64,000 nucleotides of DNA, from NCBI GenBank assembly GCA_947453415.1, contig CANGGG010000005.1, positions 2,688 through 66,687 on the forward strand. Reading direction: 5' to 3'. Positions 1-11,312 of this stretch are shown piece after piece (position 1 is the first letter of the stretch; each line of letters opens with the position of its first letter). The stretch comes from Bacteroidota bacterium. GTDB taxonomy: Bacteria; Bacteroidota; Bacteroidia; UKL13-3. A program made the position numbers and the translations under genes. The notes under the pieces were generated by a model. It saw only the letters and a list, made by a program, of their open reading frames with translations, did not search any database and was not told the origin of the DNA.

Positions 1-184
1 CAATTTTTATTGAACCTTGATGATTTACTACATCTTCAAATTTGTAGTTTAAAATATAACCATTTTCAAATAGAACTTTGGTTATTTCTTTTTTAAGATT
101 TGATGCAGGAATTTCTACAATGCGATGATTCGCTTTGATAGCATTACGCAACCTTGTTAGGTAATCTGATATTGGATCTGTCAT
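1..184 (-). CDS. rpsH: 30S ribosomal protein S8, N-terminal part (gene continues past the left edge)
   Basis: Reverse-strand ATG at 184-182 reads MTDPISDYLTRLRNAIKANHRIVEIPASNLKKEITKVLFENGYILNYKFED, a canonical S8 N-terminus; follows rpsN as in spc operons. Confidence 0.9.
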   Translation of the reverse strand, partial: MTDPISDYLTRLRNAIKANHRIVEIPASNLKKEITKVLFENGYILNYKFEDVVNHQGSIKI

Positions 185-262
185 TATTTAATTGTTATAC
201 TTGTTAGCAGTAAGCCAAAGGCACTCTTACTAACTAAGTGTTGTTAAAATTTATAAGGGGTG

Positions 263-270
263 CAAATATA
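263..270 (-). promoter_or_regulatory. Bacteroidota -7 box (TATATTTG on minus strand) inside the rpsN-rpsH spacer
   Basis: Plus strand CAAATATA = reverse complement of TAnnTTTG, about 80 nt upstream of the rpsH start; embedded in a 17-nt string that also occurs upstream of rpsL. Confidence 0.4.
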
Positions 271-305
271 ATTATTTAAACACCTTAAGCAAATTTATTT
301 TTAAA

Positions 306-575
306 TTACCAAGAAGCTTTAGTAACTCCTGGTATTTTACCCATTGATGCTAATTCACGGAATTGATTACGACAAATACCGAAATCACTCATATAGCCTT
401 TTGGTCTACCTGTTAATTTACATCTATTATGTAAACGAACTGATGATGAGTTACGAGGTAATTTTTGTAAACCTACATAATCACCTGCTTCTTTAAGAGC
501 TTTGCGTCTATCTGCGAATTGAGCATTTAACTTTTCTCTTTTACGTTGACGAGCTTTTACTGATTCTTTAGCCAT
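306..575 (-). CDS. rpsN: 30S ribosomal protein S14
   Basis: 89 aa ending ...[43 protein letters not shown]; operon position. Confidence 0.97.
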   Translation of the reverse strand: MAKESVKARQRKREKLNAQFADRRKALKEAGDYVGLQKLPRNSSSVRLHNRCKLTGRPKGYMSDFGICRNQFRELASMGKIPGVTKASW

Positions 576-582
576 AACTTAA

Positions 583-1146
583 TTATTTATTTTGATTTTT
601 GAAAGGTAAACCAAATTCTTTCAACAATGAAAGACATTCTTCATCAGTTGGAGCAGTAGTAACGAAAGTAATATCCATACCATTAATTCTACTCACTTTT
701 TCAATTACTATTTCAGGGAAAATAATTTGTTCTGTAATACCCATAGTATAATTACCACGACCATCAAAACCTTTATCATTCAATCCTGCAAAATCTCTAA
801 CACGAGGTAAAGATACAGCAATTAATCTATCTAAAAATTCATACATTCTTTCTCCTCTTAACGTTACACGAGCCCCAATAGGAACATTTTTACGTAATTT
901 AAAGTTAGAAATATCTTTCTTAGATTTTGTACCAACAGCTTTTTGACCACTAATAGTTGTCATTTCAAGCAATGCTTGGTCAATTATTTTCTTATCTGAT
1001 ACTGCAGCACCAACACCTTGGTTTAAACAAATTTTAAGTAATTTGGGTACTTGCATTACATTTTTATAGCCAAACTTTTCTATCATTGCAGGTTTTATCT
1101 TTGCATCATAGTCAAGTTTTAATCTAGGAACGTATGTTGTAGTCAT
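583..1146 (-). CDS. rplE: 50S ribosomal protein L5
   Basis: 187 aa, typical L5 sequence and operon position. Confidence 0.97.
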   Translation of the reverse strand: MTTTYVPRLKLDYDAKIKPAMIEKFGYKNVMQVPKLLKICLNQGVGAAVSDKKIIDQALLEMTTISGQKAVGTKSKKDISNFKLRKNVPIGARVTLRGERMYEFLDRLIAVSLPRVRDFAGLNDKGFDGRGNYTMGITEQIIFPEIVIEKVSRINGMDITFVTTAPTDEECLSLLKEFGLPFKNQNK

Positions 1147-1150
1147 GTTC

Positions 1151-1495
1151 TTAATTAATTATATCTTTATTTTCGGATTTTTTTGAAAATCTAACAGTTT
1201 TACCTTCTTCGTTTTTCATACGACCAACTTTAGTTGCTACTTCATTTTTATCTAAAACAGCTAAATTGCTAATATGGATAGGTGCTTCTTTTTTAATAAT
1301 ACCACCTTGTTGATTTTGAGCATTTGGCTTTGTATGACGGCTAACAATGTTAATTCCCTCTACAATAGCTCTATTAGTGTCAGTAATAATTTCTAATACC
1401 TTACCAGTTTTGCCTTTATCATCACCTGCAATTATCTTTACGCGATCATCTTTCTTAACGCGTAATTTAATTTTTACTTTTTGTTTCTTTTCCAT
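1151..1495 (-). CDS. rplX: 50S ribosomal protein L24
   Basis: KOW-type motif [24 protein letters not shown]; operon position. Confidence 0.95.
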   Translation of the reverse strand: MEKKQKVKIKLRVKKDDRVKIIAGDDKGKTGKVLEIITDTNRAIVEGINIVSRHTKPNAQNQQGGIIKKEAPIHISNLAVLDKNEVATKVGRMKNEEGKTVRFSKKSENKDIIN

Positions 1496-1497
1496 GA

Positions 1498-1866
1498 TTA
1501 TAATACCTCCGGTGCTAATGAAACGATTTTCATGAATTGTTTTTCTCTTAATTCACGGGCTACTGGGCCAAAAATACGAGTAGCACGAGGTTCATCTTGA
1601 GCATTTAATAATACACAAGCATTATCGTCAAAACGAATATAAGAACCATCGGCTCTACGAATTTCTTTTTTTGTTCTAACAACAACAGCTTTTGAAACTG
1701 CACTTTTTTTAACTCCACCTGAGGGTAAAGCTGATTTTACTGTTACGACAATTTTATCGCCTACAGAAGCATATCTTCTTCCAGTACCTCCAAGAACTCG
1801 GATACATAATACCTCGCGAGCTCCACTGTTATCGGCAACTTTTAGTCTTGATTCTTGTTGTATCAT
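1498..1866 (-). CDS. rplN: 50S ribosomal protein L14
   Basis: [27 protein letters not shown] canonical L14. Confidence 0.98.
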   Translation of the reverse strand: MIQQESRLKVADNSGAREVLCIRVLGGTGRRYASVGDKIVVTVKSALPSGGVKKSAVSKAVVVRTKKEIRRADGSYIRFDDNACVLLNAQDEPRATRIFGPVARELREKQFMKIVSLAPEVL

Positions 1867-1867
1867 T

Positions 1868-2137
1868 TTATTTAGCTTTTTCTACTATTTCTACTAATCT
1901 CCAACGCTTATCTTTACTTAATGGTCTAGTTTCCATCAACTTTACGATATCGTTAATACTACTTTCGTTATTCTCGTCATGAGCTTTAAAAGTAGAAGTC
2001 ATTTTTATAAATTTACCGTATTTTGGGTGCATAACTTTACGTTCTACAGAAACAACAATTGTCTTTTGCATTTTGTTGCTTACTACTTTCCCAACTATAA
2101 CTTTACGTGAATTTCTGTTTTCTGCTGTTATTTCCAT
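1868..2137 (-). CDS. rpsQ: 30S ribosomal protein S17
   Basis: [29 protein letters not shown]17 core; operon position. Confidence 0.96.
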   Translation of the reverse strand: MEITAENRNSRKVIVGKVVSNKMQKTIVVSVERKVMHPKYGKFIKMTSTFKAHDENNESSINDIVKLMETRPLSKDKRWRLVEIVEKAK

Positions 2138-2152
2138 TTTATTACAGTTATA

Positions 2153-2350
2153 TTAAGCAGTAGCTAATTGACGAGCTCTTTTTTCAGTAAGAATTCGTGC
2201 AATAGTTTTTTTGCTTTCGTTTATTAATTTTGGATTTTCAATTGGAGATACAGCATTTTGAAGAGTCATTTTTGTTAAATTTAACTTTTCATCTTTAAAA
2301 GCAATATTCAATTCTTTTTCCGATAATTCTTTAATTTCTTTATTATTCAT
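2153..2350 (-). CDS. rpmC: 50S ribosomal protein L29
   Basis: 65 aa helical protein between rplP and rpsQ. Confidence 0.93.
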   Translation of the reverse strand: MNNKEIKELSEKELNIAFKDEKLNLTKMTLQNAVSPIENPKLINESKKTIARILTEKRARQLATA

Positions 2351-2352
2351 AA

Positions 2353-2775
2353 CTAGTTTCCGTTATAATCTGGTTTAACAATAAATTTGGTAACAACTGG
2401 TAATTTTTGAGATGCTAAACGCATTGCTTCTTTTGCAGTTTCCATCGAAACACCTTCAGCTTCAAAAATTATTGTACCTGGCTTACAAACAGCAACCCAA
2501 AATTCAGGAGCTCCTTTACCTTTTCCCATACGAACCTCTGCAGGCTTTCTAGTCATTGGTTTATCAGGGAAAACTCTAATCCAAACTTGACCTTCTCTTT
2601 TCATGAAACGATTTAAAGCAACACGGGCAGCTTCAATCTGTTTAGACGTTAAAAAACAAGTATCAAGTGCTTTTAAACCAAATGATCCAAAGGCTACAGT
2701 AAATCCTCTAGAGGCATTACCTTTAACTTTACCTTTTTGTTGTTTTCTAAATTTTGTTTTTTTAGGCTGTAACAT
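2353..2775 (-). CDS. rplP: 50S ribosomal protein L16
   Basis: [15 protein letters not shown] canonical L16 start. Confidence 0.98.
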   Translation of the reverse strand: MLQPKKTKFRKQQKGKVKGNASRGFTVAFGSFGLKALDTCFLTSKQIEAARVALNRFMKREGQVWIRVFPDKPMTRKPAEVRMGKGKGAPEFWVAVCKPGTIIFEAEGVSMETAKEAMRLASQKLPVVTKFIVKPDYNGN

Positions 2776-2810
2776 TTTTACAGTTATTTATTAATATTGA
2801 TAAAACTAAT

Positions 2811-3587
2811 TTATTTATTTTCTCTTCTTGGTTTTCTATCACCAGCTTTTCCCGCGCCACCACGACTATCTCTTCTGTCGTCTCTTCTATCGCCTCTTCT
2901 GTCTGGACGTTGGTTTTGACCTTTTACTTCAGCAACACCTTGATTAGGAGATAAATCTCTTTTACCATAAATCTCACCTTTACAGATCCAAACTTTAATA
3001 CCAATTTTTCCATATACAGTTAATGCTTCAGCAATTGTATAATCAATGTCAGCACGTAAAGTGTGTAATGGAGTTCTTCCTTCTTTATAAGATTCAGAAC
3101 GAGCCATTTCAGCTCCACCTAAACGACCACTAATCATTACTTTAATACCTTCAGCACCCATTTTCATGGTGTTTTGAATAGCACCTTTAAGCGCTCTTTT
3201 GTAAGAAACACGAGCTTCGATTTGGCTAGCAATTTGCTCTCCTACTAAAACTGCGTCTAACTCAGGACGTTTTATTTCAAAGATATTAATAGCAACATCT
3301 TTTTTAGTTAACTTTTTTATTTCTTCTTTGATTTTGTCAACTTCAGTACCACCTTTACCAATGATAATACCTGGGCGAGAAGTATGAATAGTAATGATTA
3401 TACGTTTAATAGTACGCTCAATTACAATTTTAGACATACCCGCTTTAACTATACGAGCACGTAAATATTTTCTAATTTTTTCGTCTTCTATTAGTTTTTC
3501 AGCAAAATTCTTACCTCCAAACCAATTGCTTTCCCAGCCTCTAATTATTCCTAAACGTAATGCTATCGGATTTACCTTTTGTCCCAT
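2811..3587 (-). CDS. rpsC: 30S ribosomal protein S3 with Arg/Asp-rich C-terminal tail
   Basis: [14 protein letters not shown] start, KH domain, tail ...[18 protein letters not shown]. Confidence 0.98.
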   Translation of the reverse strand: MGQKVNPIALRLGIIRGWESNWFGGKNFAEKLIEDEKIRKYLRARIVKAGMSKIVIERTIKRIIITIHTSRPGIIIGKGGTEVDKIKEEIKKLTKKDVAINIFEIKRPELDAVLVGEQIASQIEARVSYKRALKGAIQNTMKMGAEGIKVMISGRLGGAEMARSESYKEGRTPLHTLRADIDYTIAEALTVYGKIGIKVWICKGEIYGKRDLSPNQGVAEVKGQNQRPDRRGDRRDDRRDSRGGAGKAGDRKPRRENK

Positions 3588-3982
3588 TATATTTTAGAGT
3601 TTTCTTTATCGTTTGTTGTTTCTACTGAATTATTTATAACCATACTGTCAACTATTAAAGTAACATGGTTAGAACGTTTACGAATTCTATGTGCACGTCC
3701 TTGAGGAGCTGGTAAAACACGTTTCATCATTGTACCACAATCTACAAAAATTGTTTTAACAAATAACTCATTGCTTTCAGCACGAGAACCTTCATTCTTT
3801 TGCTCCCAATTTGCTATTGCACTACGTAATAATTTTTCAACGCGATGTGCACTTTCTTTTTTATTGTTGAAACGTAAAGTGTTAAAAGCTTCTTCCACTT
3901 TTTTACCACGTATCAAATCCACAACTAATCTCATTTTACGAGGAGAGGTAGGACAATTATTTAATTTTGCAACTGCTTCCAT
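3587..3982 (-). CDS. rplV: 50S ribosomal protein L22
   Basis: [20 protein letters not shown] motif; 1-nt overlap with rpsC. Confidence 0.96.
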   Translation of the reverse strand: MEAVAKLNNCPTSPRKMRLVVDLIRGKKVEEAFNTLRFNNKKESAHRVEKLLRSAIANWEQKNEGSRAESNELFVKTIFVDCGTMMKRVLPAPQGRAHRIRKRSNHVTLIVDSMVINNSVETTNDKENSKI

Positions 3983-3984
3983 TA

Positions 3985-4251
3985 CTAATCTTTCTTAACT
4001 GGATGTGATTTAAATGTACGTGTAGGAGAAAATTCACCTAATTTATGACCAACCATATTTTCAGTTACATAAACAGGTATAAATTTATTGCCATTATGAA
4101 CAGCAAAAGTATGTCCTACAAATTCTGGAGATATCATTGATCTGCGACTCCAAGTTTTAATTACAGATTTTTTCTTAGCCTCATTCATAACATCAACCTT
4201 TTTTTCAAGTTTGAAATCAATGAAAGGACCTTTTTTTAGTGAACGAGCCAT
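3985..4251 (-). CDS. rpsS: 30S ribosomal protein S19
   Basis: [15 protein letters not shown] canonical S19. Confidence 0.98.
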   Translation of the reverse strand: MARSLKKGPFIDFKLEKKVDVMNEAKKKSVIKTWSRRSMISPEFVGHTFAVHNGNKFIPVYVTENMVGHKLGEFSPTRTFKSHPVKKD

Positions 4252-4257
4252 ATTCTA

Positions 4258-5079
4258 TTACTTCTTACGCTTTTCGATGATAAATCTATTTGAATATTTT
4301 TTAGGTGTACGTGTTTTGTAACCTTTTGATTTAATACCGTTACGAGAACGAGGATGTCCACCAGAAGCTCTACCTTCACCACCACCCATTGGATGATCTA
4401 CTGGATTCATTGCTACTGGACGAGTACGTGGTCTTACACCTCTCCATCTGTTAGCACCAGCTTTACCTTTTCTTTCTAAATTATGATCTGGATTTGAAAC
4501 TTGACCAATTGTAGCAGAACAAGCCACTAAAATCATACGAGTTTCACTTGATGCTAATTTAACAGTAGCATAACGTCCATCTCTATTTAATAATTGAGCA
4601 AAAGAACCCGCGGAACGAACTAATTTACCTCCTTTACCTGGTAATAATTCAATATTATGAATTAATGAACCTAAAGGTATTTCTGAAATAGGTAATGTAT
4701 TACCAATTTCTGGAGGTGAACCTGCTCCACTTTGAACTACTTGTCCAACTTGTAAATTTTTTGGCGATAAAATATAACTTTTTTCACCATCTGCATATTG
4801 AATTAAAGCAATACGAGCAGAACGATTTGGATCATACTCTATTGTTAATACATTAGCCTCACCAGCTTTAGATCTTTTAAAATCTACTAGTCTATATTTT
4901 CTTTTATGACCACCACCTACGTAGCGAATTGTCATTTTTCCAGTATTATTTCTACCACCAGATTTGTTTAACGGAAATGTTAAAGATTTTTCTGGTTTTG
5001 AAGCTGTTAATTCCTCAAATGTGTTTGCAGACTTAAAACGTGTGCCTGGAGTTATCGGGTTAAATTTTCTAATTCCCAT
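4258..5079 (-). CDS. rplB: 50S ribosomal protein L2
   Basis: 273 aa, ...[13 protein letters not shown]..., [13 protein letters not shown]. Confidence 0.98.
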   Translation of the reverse strand: MGIRKFNPITPGTRFKSANTFEELTASKPEKSLTFPLNKSGGRNNTGKMTIRYVGGGHKRKYRLVDFKRSKAGEANVLTIEYDPNRSARIALIQYADGEKSYILSPKNLQVGQVVQSGAGSPPEIGNTLPISEIPLGSLIHNIELLPGKGGKLVRSAGSFAQLLNRDGRYATVKLASSETRMILVACSATIGQVSNPDHNLERKGKAGANRWRGVRPRTRPVAMNPVDHPMGGGEGRASGGHPRSRNGIKSKGYKTRTPKKYSNRFIIEKRKK

Positions 5080-5087
5080 TTTGTTTA

Positions 5088-5378
5088 TTAAACGTTTTGG
5101 AAGAAGTCAATTTTTTGATCTTCTTTAAGTGTAACAATAGCCTTTTTAAAAGCTGTTCTTTTGCCAGAAAACTGACCGCGTTTAGTTGATCTTGATTTTA
5201 CTTTACCAGCATAAACCATAGTACTAATACCAGTTACGTTTACACTATATATTTTTTCAATTTCACTAATAATTTCAGGTTTTGATGCTTTTTTCTCAAC
5301 GATAAAAGCAAACTGATTAAATTTTTCGCTTAAACGATTAAATTTTTCAGTGATAAGTGGCTTTTTAAGAATACCCAT
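5088..5378 (-). CDS. rplW: 50S ribosomal protein L23
   Basis: 96 aa, operon position between rplD and rplB. Confidence 0.94.
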   Translation of the reverse strand: MGILKKPLITEKFNRLSEKFNQFAFIVEKKASKPEIISEIEKIYSVNVTGISTMVYAGKVKSRSTKRGQFSGKRTAFKKAIVTLKEDQKIDFFQNV

Positions 5379-6013
5379 TACTTAATTTTATTAAAAAGGT
5401 TATCAATAACTCCTAAAGAATTTTCTATTAAAATTACTTTTTGAGCATCCAAAATTTCATAAGTATTTACATCAGAAACAGTAACAACCTTAGTTCTAGG
5501 CAAATTACGACTAGATTTATAAATAAAATCATTGTAATCAGCCATAATCAATAATGTTTTAGCATTACTTAATTTAAGGTTACTTAAAATATTGATATAA
5601 TTTTTTGTATTAGCAGAATCAAAAGTAAAATTCTCTAAAACTGTAATATTGTTATCTTTAGCCTTGTAAGCGAATGCTGACATTCTAGCTAATTGTTTCA
5701 ATTTTTTATTTAATTTAAAGCTATAATCTCTTGGTCTTGGTCCAAAAATACGTGCACCACCTACTCTAGTTCCAGATTTAATACTTCCCTTACGAGAACC
5801 ACCTGTACCTTTTTGACGGTGAAGCTTTTTAGTTGAACCACTAATCTGACTTTTTTCTAAAGCTGAATGTGTTCCTTGACGTTGGTTAGCTAAAAATTGT
5901 TTAATGTCTAAATAAATTGCATGATCGTTAGGTTCTATTCCAAAAATATCTTGACTTAAAACTACTTTACGACCAGTATCAGCGCCCTGTGTATTTAATA
6001 TTGCTAATTCCAT
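5378..6013 (-). CDS. rplD: 50S ribosomal protein L4
   Basis: 211 aa, ...KLHRQKGTGGSRKGS... L4 loop. Confidence 0.96.
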   Translation of the reverse strand: MELAILNTQGADTGRKVVLSQDIFGIEPNDHAIYLDIKQFLANQRQGTHSALEKSQISGSTKKLHRQKGTGGSRKGSIKSGTRVGGARIFGPRPRDYSFKLNKKLKQLARMSAFAYKAKDNNITVLENFTFDSANTKNYINILSNLKLSNAKTLLIMADYNDFIYKSSRNLPRTKVVTVSDVNTYEILDAQKVILIENSLGVIDNLFNKIK

Positions 6014-6018
6014 CCTTC

Positions 6019-6636
6019 TTATTTCTCCAATAATATAAATGAACCTTTAGCACCAGGAATTGATCCTTTAATTACCAAAAGATTCTGATCTTTCAACACT
6101 TTTAAAATTTGAAGATTTGTCTTCTTCACTCTAACTCCACCCATTCTACCAGCCATTCTCATTCCTTTGAATACTTTAGAAGGATCTGAAGATGCACCAA
6201 TTGAACCTGGAGCTCTTTGACGATCATGTTGACCGTGAGTAGCCATTCCAACACCAGCAAATCCATGTCTTTTAACAACACCTTGAAAACCTTTACCTTT
6301 TGAAGTACCAACAACATCTACATACTCTCCAACTTCAAATAAATCAGCCATCAAAACATCACCTAAAGTTAAAGGAACTTCAAATCCTTTAAATTCAACA
6401 ATTTTTCTTTTAGCAGTTGTATTTGCTTTCTTAAATATTCCTTTTAGTGCAGCGGGTGTGTTTTTTTCTTTTGCATCACCATACGCTAATTGAATAGCAT
6501 TGTAACCATCAGTTTCCACAGTTTTAACTTGTGTAACAACATTTGGTCCTACTTCAACCACGGTGCAAGCCATTTGCTTACCATCTTGGTTAAATACGCT
6601 AGTCATACCTACTTTTCTTCCTATCAATCCTGACAT
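6019..6636 (-). CDS. rplC: 50S ribosomal protein L3
   Basis: [15 protein letters not shown] canonical L3 start. Confidence 0.98.
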   Translation of the reverse strand: MSGLIGRKVGMTSVFNQDGKQMACTVVEVGPNVVTQVKTVETDGYNAIQLAYGDAKEKNTPAALKGIFKKANTTAKRKIVEFKGFEVPLTLGDVLMADLFEVGEYVDVVGTSKGKGFQGVVKRHGFAGVGMATHGQHDRQRAPGSIGASSDPSKVFKGMRMAGRMGGVRVKKTNLQILKVLKDQNLLVIKGSIPGAKGSFILLEK

Positions 6637-6669
6637 AATCTATCTGTCTAAATTTCTTTTAATAATTGA

Positions 6670-6975
6670 TCAAACTTTAATTTCAACATCAACACCACTT
6701 GGCAATTCAAGCTTCATAAGAGCATCTACTGTTTTAGCAGTGCTACTATAAATATCAAGTATGCGTTTGTATGAACATAATTGAAACTGTTCTCTAGCCT
6801 TTTTGTTTACGTGAGGCGAACGTAATACTGTATAAATTTTCTTTTGTGTTGGAAGAGGTATTGGACCACTTACAATAGCACCAGTGCTTTTTACAGTTTT
6901 AACGATTTTTTCTGCTGACTTGTCAACTAGATTATAATCGAAACTTTTTAACTTAATTCTTATTTTTTGGCTCAC
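6670..6975 (-). CDS. rpsJ: 30S ribosomal protein S10
   Basis: [22 protein letters not shown]10 signature. Confidence 0.98.
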   Translation of the reverse strand: MSQKIRIKLKSFDYNLVDKSAEKIVKTVKSTGAIVSGPIPLPTQKKIYTVLRSPHVNKKAREQFQLCSYKRILDIYSSTAKTVDALMKLELPSGVDVEIKV

Positions 6976-6994
6976 AATTATTATATTATTAAGC

Positions 6995-9091
6995 TTATGC
7001 TTTTCCGTTAACTTTTGCTAATACTTCTTCTTGAACATTTCTAGGAGCTTCAGCGAAGTGACTAAATTCCATTGTAGATGATGCACGTCCAGAAGATAAG
7101 GTTCTAAGTTGAGTTACATACCCAAACATTTCTGCTAAAGGTACTTTTGCTCTTACAACCTGTGCTCCTGCTCTACTATCCATACCCTCTAATTGTCCAC
7201 GTCTTCTATTTAAATCACCAATTATATCTCCCATATTTTCTTCTGGGGTCAAAACTTCTAATTTCATTATTGGTTCAAGTAATACAGGTTTTGCTTTTCT
7301 AGATGCTTCCTTGAAAGCAATTTTAGCACAAAGTTCAAAACTCATCGAATCTGAATCCACCGCATGGAATGATCCATCAAATAATCTTACTTTTAAACTT
7401 TCTACCGCAAATCCAGCTAAAACACCATTATTCATTGCTGCTTTAAAACCTTTTTCTACAGAAGGAATAAATTCTTTTGGAATTGATCCTCCTACTATTT
7501 CATTTACAAATTCTAAACCTGATTTTTCTGGATCTCCAGGTATTAACTCAAATTGAATATCTGCAAATTTACCTCTACCACCTGATTGTTTTTTATATGA
7601 TTCTCTGTGAGTAACAGGTACTGTAATTGTTTCTTTGTATGAAACTTGTGGAGCACCTTGGTTAACTTCAACTTTAAATTCACGTCTTAATCTATCAACT
7701 ATAATTTCTAAATGCAATTCTCCCATTCCAGAAATAATTGTTTGTCCAGAATCTTCATCTGTTTTAACACGGAATGTAGGATCTTCTTCAGCTAATTTAG
7801 CCAATGACATACCTAATTTATCAGAATCAGTTTGAGTTTTAGGTTCAACCGCTAAACCAATAACTGGTTCAGGGAAATTCATTGATTCTAATACTATTGG
7901 GAATTTTTCATCACTTAGCGTATCACCTGTTTTTATATCTTTAAATCCAACTGCAGCTCCAATATCACCAGCGCCTAAACTTTCAATTGGATTTTGCTTG
8001 TTAGCATGCATTTGGAAAATACGTGAAATACGTTCTTTATTTCCACTTCTGTTATTTAGTACATAAGAACCAGCATCTAATTTACCTGAATATGCTCTAA
8101 TAAATGCTAATCTACCAACAAAAGGATCAGTTGCTATTTTAAATGCTAAAGCGGCAAAAGGCTCTTTGTAATCTGGTTTACGAGTTTCCTCTAAACCAGT
8201 ATCAGGATTAGTACCAATAACTTCTTTTCTATCCATTGGACTAGGCATTAATTCCATTACTAAATCCAACATTGTTTGAACACCTTTGTTTTTAAAAGAA
8301 GAACCACATACCATAGGTACAATCTTCATATCTAAACAAGCTTTACGCAAGGCATCTAATATTTCTCTTTCAGAAATTGAAGAAGGATCATCAAAAAATT
8401 TAACTAATAAATTATCGTCATATTCTGAAACTGCTTCTAATAATTTTTCTCTCCACTCTAAGGCCTCATCCATCATATCTGCTGGAATTGGAACTTCTTT
8501 GTAAGTCATACCTTTATCATGCTCATTCCAAACCATTCCTCTGAAATTGATTAAATCAATAACTCCAGTGAAATTGTCTTCTGCACCAATAGGTAATTGT
8601 AAAGGAACTGCGTTACTTCCTAACATGTCGCGAACTTGTTTCACAACCATTAAGAAATCTGCACCAGCTCTATCCATTTTATTAACAAAACCAATACGAG
8701 CTACGTTGTAATTATTTGCTAGTCTCCAGTTAGTTTCAGACTGAGGCTCAACACCATCAACTGCACTAAATAAAAATACTAAACCATCCAAAACACGTAA
8801 AGAACGATTAACCTCTACTGTGAAATCAACGTGACCAGGAGTATCAATAATATTGATGTGGTATTGTTGATCACGGTACTTCCAGAAAACGGTAGTAGCC
8901 GCAGAAGTAATTGTTATACCTCTTTCTTGTTCTTGAACCATCCAGTCCATAGTAGCAGCACCATCATGAACTTCACCAATTTTATGGTTTACTCCAGAAT
9001 AGTACAAAATACGCTCAGTTGTAGTGGTTTTACCCGCATCAATATGAGCTGCAATTCCTATGTTTCTTGTATATTTTAAGTCGCGAGACAT
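6995..9091 (-). CDS. fusA: Elongation factor G
   Basis: 698 aa, [16 protein letters not shown]1 motif, DTPGHVDF G3; sits between rpsG and rpsJ with no tuf gene. Confidence 0.98.
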   Translation of the reverse strand: MSRDLKYTRNIGIAAHIDAGKTTTTERILYYSGVNHKIGEVHDGAATMDWMVQEQERGITITSAATTVFWKYRDQQYHINIIDTPGHVDFTVEVNRSLRVLDGLVFLFSAVDGVEPQSETNWRLANNYNVARIGFVNKMDRAGADFLMVVKQVRDMLGSNAVPLQLPIGAEDNFTGVIDLINFRGMVWNEHDKGMTYKEVPIPADMMDEALEWREKLLEAVSEYDDNLLVKFFDDPSSISEREILDALRKACLDMKIVPMVCGSSFKNKGVQTMLDLVMELMPSPMDRKEVIGTNPDTGLEETRKPDYKEPFAALAFKIATDPFVGRLAFIRAYSGKLDAGSYVLNNRSGNKERISRIFQMHANKQNPIESLGAGDIGAAVGFKDIKTGDTLSDEKFPIVLESMNFPEPVIGLAVEPKTQTDSDKLGMSLAKLAEEDPTFRVKTDEDSGQTIISGMGELHLEIIVDRLRREFKVEVNQGAPQVSYKETITVPVTHRESYKKQSGGRGKFADIQFELIPGDPEKSGLEFVNEIVGGSIPKEFIPSVEKGFKAAMNNGVLAGFAVESLKVRLFDGSFHAVDSDSMSFELCAKIAFKEASRKAKPVLLEPIMKLEVLTPEENMGDIIGDLNRRRGQLEGMDSRAGAQVVRAKVPLAEMFGYVTQLRTLSSGRASSTMEFSHFAEAPRNVQEEVLAKVNGKA

Positions 9092-9113
9092 TATATTTAC
9101 TCTTTTTTAATTA

Positions 9114-9584
9114 TTATGATAACTTAAAATGAGAGAATGCTTTATTGGCGTCAGCCATTTTATGCGTATCTTCTCTTTTCTTAACTGATGCACCTTCGTT
9201 TTTTGAAGCAGCAATAATTTCAGCAGCCAATTTATCTGACATAGATTTTTCACTTCGTCTACGAGCATATAAAATTAACCATTTCATTCCAACAGCAACT
9301 TTTCTATCAGCAGGTACTTCAATAGGAATTTGAAAGGTAGACCCTCCAACTCTTCTTGCTTTTACCTCAACAGAAGGCATAATGTTGTTTAATGCTTTTT
9401 TCCATACATCGATTCCGCGTTCTTGCAATTTTGCTTCTACTTTATCTAATGCATCATAAAATATGGTAAAAGAAGTATTCTTCTTTCCGCTCCACATCAT
9501 ATTATTTACAAACCTTGTAACCAAAGTATCATTAAACTTTGGATCAGGTGTTAAAATGCGTTTTTTAGGTTTTGATTTTCTCAT
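9114..9584 (-). CDS. rpsG: 30S ribosomal protein S7
   Basis: MRKSKPKKRILTPDPKFND canonical S7. Confidence 0.98.
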   Translation of the reverse strand: MRKSKPKKRILTPDPKFNDTLVTRFVNNMMWSGKKNTSFTIFYDALDKVEAKLQERGIDVWKKALNNIMPSVEVKARRVGGSTFQIPIEVPADRKVAVGMKWLILYARRRSEKSMSDKLAAEIIAASKNEGASVKKREDTHKMADANKAFSHFKLS

Positions 9585-9613
9585 TGTAATCTATCGCTTA
9601 TCTAGCTACTAAA

Positions 9614-10030
9614 TTATTTCTTCTTTTTGCCTTTGGCGTCTGCTGCAGGAGCTGCTCCTGGTTTAGGACGTTTAGTTCCATATTTAGATCTTTGTTGTGT
9701 TCTTCCTTCAACACCTGCGGTATCCAATGCACCACGAACAATGTGATATCTTACACCCGGTAAATCTTTTACACGACCACCACGTACTAAAACAATTGAA
9801 TGTTCTTGTAAATTGTGACCTTCTCCAGGTATGTATGCGTTTACTTCATTTCCGTTAGTTAAACGAACACGAGCAACTTTACGCATTGCTGAATTTGGTT
9901 TTTTTGGCGTAGTAGTATAAACACGAGTACAAACACCTCTACGTTGAGGACAGTTGTCAAGTGCTGGTGATTTACTTTTAAAAACCACATCGGTACGACC
10001 TTTTCTAATAAGCTGTTGTATAGTTGGCAT
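9614..10030 (-). CDS. rpsL: 30S ribosomal protein S12 with Lys-rich tail
   Basis: [12 protein letters not shown]..., [13 protein letters not shown]. Confidence 0.98.
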   Translation of the reverse strand: MPTIQQLIRKGRTDVVFKSKSPALDNCPQRRGVCTRVYTTTPKKPNSAMRKVARVRLTNGNEVNAYIPGEGHNLQEHSIVLVRGGRVKDLPGVRYHIVRGALDTAGVEGRTQQRSKYGTKRPKPGAAPAADAKGKKKK

Positions 10031-10067
10031 ATTAATTAAATACTTATAAACCTTTTTTTAAGGGCTG

Positions 10068-10075
10068 CAAAGGTA
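10068..10075 (-). promoter_or_regulatory. -7 box TACCTTTG (minus strand) for the rpsL operon
   Basis: Plus CAAAGGTA about 38 nt upstream of the rpsL ATG; matches TAnnTTTG. Confidence 0.5.
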
Positions 10076-10214
10076 GATGAATAATCGAGCAAAACAAATG
10101 CGCAACAAAAAATATTTTAACAAAGAATATAAAATACAATTTGCTGAGCGGGTTGAATCGAAAAATTAACCATCAGACAATGCCGCTTGGGACTTTTCCC
10201 GTTTAAAGGGGGTG

Positions 10215-10222
10215 CAAATATA
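10215..10222 (-). promoter_or_regulatory. Second upstream -7 box TATATTTG (minus strand)
   Basis: Plus CAAATATA inside GGGGTGCAAATATAATT, the same 17-nt string found at 257-273. Confidence 0.35.
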
Positions 10223-10358
10223 ATTTTCTTATTTACTAATACAAGTATTATTCAAAAAAAATATAATTATTTTTTGAAATCAAATAAAGCCAAACAGTTA
10301 CGCATAAAAAAAATCGCTAAAAAAGCGATTTTTTGTTTTAAAAATATCATTTGAAAAT

Positions 10359-10724
10359 TTATTCTAAACCCCAAGCATCATATAATGCATTGATAAATTT
10401 ATTTTCTTGAATTTCCATTTTTTCATCTGCCATGCATATTTTCATAGCAAATTGAATTAGTTTATTTCTTTCTACTACATTAGAAATTTTAAAAAAATGT
10501 TCGGCTGTTTCTAAAAAATGATCCATAACAGTGTCTAATGGATAAGCCATTAAAAATGCTTGTTCTTTGATTAAGTCAACTGGTTCCTTGAAGTTTTTTT
10601 CTAAAAACTCAAATAATACATCACTTTCAGATGTGTCTATTCTACCATCAGCTTTTGATAATATCATTAATATATGAAAACCAGCTTCGGTTTTATTCAT
10701 TTTACTTATAAATTGGGTTGTCAT
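10359..10724 (-). CDS. TerB-like (tellurite-resistance/DjlA N-domain-like) small protein
   Basis: 121 aa all-helical; ...ILSKADGRIDTSESDVL... and ...MADEKMEIQENKFINAL... resemble the paired TerB helices. Family call is from memory. Confidence 0.5.
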   Translation of the reverse strand: MTTQFISKMNKTEAGFHILMILSKADGRIDTSESDVLFEFLEKNFKEPVDLIKEQAFLMAYPLDTVMDHFLETAEHFFKISNVVERNKLIQFAMKICMADEKMEIQENKFINALYDAWGLE

Positions 10725-10825
10725 AATTTCTATAAATTTGAAGTGAAAGTATTAGAAATAATTAATAATACAAATAACTTCCCAAATATTTTCATAAAAA
10801 TTTTTGTTTATTTATTTATTATAAA

Positions 10826-11275
10826 CTAAATCAATTGTTTGGAATGAGCTTTAGTATCTACCTTTTCTATTATTTTTTCAATAATTCCTTGCTTATTTAT
10901 TACAAAAGTGCTTCTTAAAATACCCATATATTTTTTTCCATACATACTTTTTTCACCCCAGGCACCAAATGATTCAGCAACTGAATGATCAATATCTACT
11001 AATAAACTAAATGGTAATTCATATTTTGAAATGAACTTAATATGTGAAGCCGCGCTGTCAGGACTAACACCTAAAATTTCGTAACCTTGCTCTTTAAAAA
11101 CATGGTAATTATCTCTTAAATCGCATGCCTCGGCAGTGCAGCCAGGTGTTGAATCTTTTGGATAAAAATACAAAACCAAATTTTTGTTTTTAAAATCTGC
11201 TAATGAAACTGCTTCTCCTTTTTCATTAGTGCTTGAAAATGCAGGTGCTTTATCACCTTCTTTAAGTGTAATCAT
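10826..11275 (-). CDS. bcp: Thiol peroxidase / peroxiredoxin Bcp
   Basis: MITLKEGDKAPAF..., YFYPKDSTPGCTAEAC peroxidatic Cys motif. I prefer the internal ATG at 11275; the longer ORF to 11374 overlaps the upstream gene. Confidence 0.9.
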   Translation of the reverse strand: MITLKEGDKAPAFSSTNEKGEAVSLADFKNKNLVLYFYPKDSTPGCTAEACDLRDNYHVFKEQGYEILGVSPDSAASHIKFISKYELPFSLLVDIDHSVAESFGAWGEKSMYGKKYMGILRSTFVINKQGIIEKIIEKVDTKAHSKQLI

Positions 11276-11312
11276 TTTTGTAGTTAGTTTTGGTTTAAAT
11301 TTGTTAAAATAA

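Noticed and set aside
1347-3998. Plus-strand ORFs of 62-75 aa (1347-1535, 2603-2794, 3394-3597, 3771-3998) opposite ribosomal protein genes
   Set aside because: They are fully antisense to strongly recognisable r-protein genes, have hydrophobic low-complexity translations and show no motif. They are shadow ORFs typical of AT-rich DNA.
7311-9079. Four plus-strand ORFs inside fusA, plus ORFs at 6563-6751 and 9145-9333
   Set aside because: They are antisense to EF-G, L3/S10 and S7 coding sequence, and the translations show no family features.
10076-10358. Possible riboswitch, leader RNA or small gene upstream of rpsL
   Set aside because: I could not recognise any known riboswitch core or tRNA-like fold by eye, and there is no ORF. 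Only the duplicated promoter-like 17-mer is reported.
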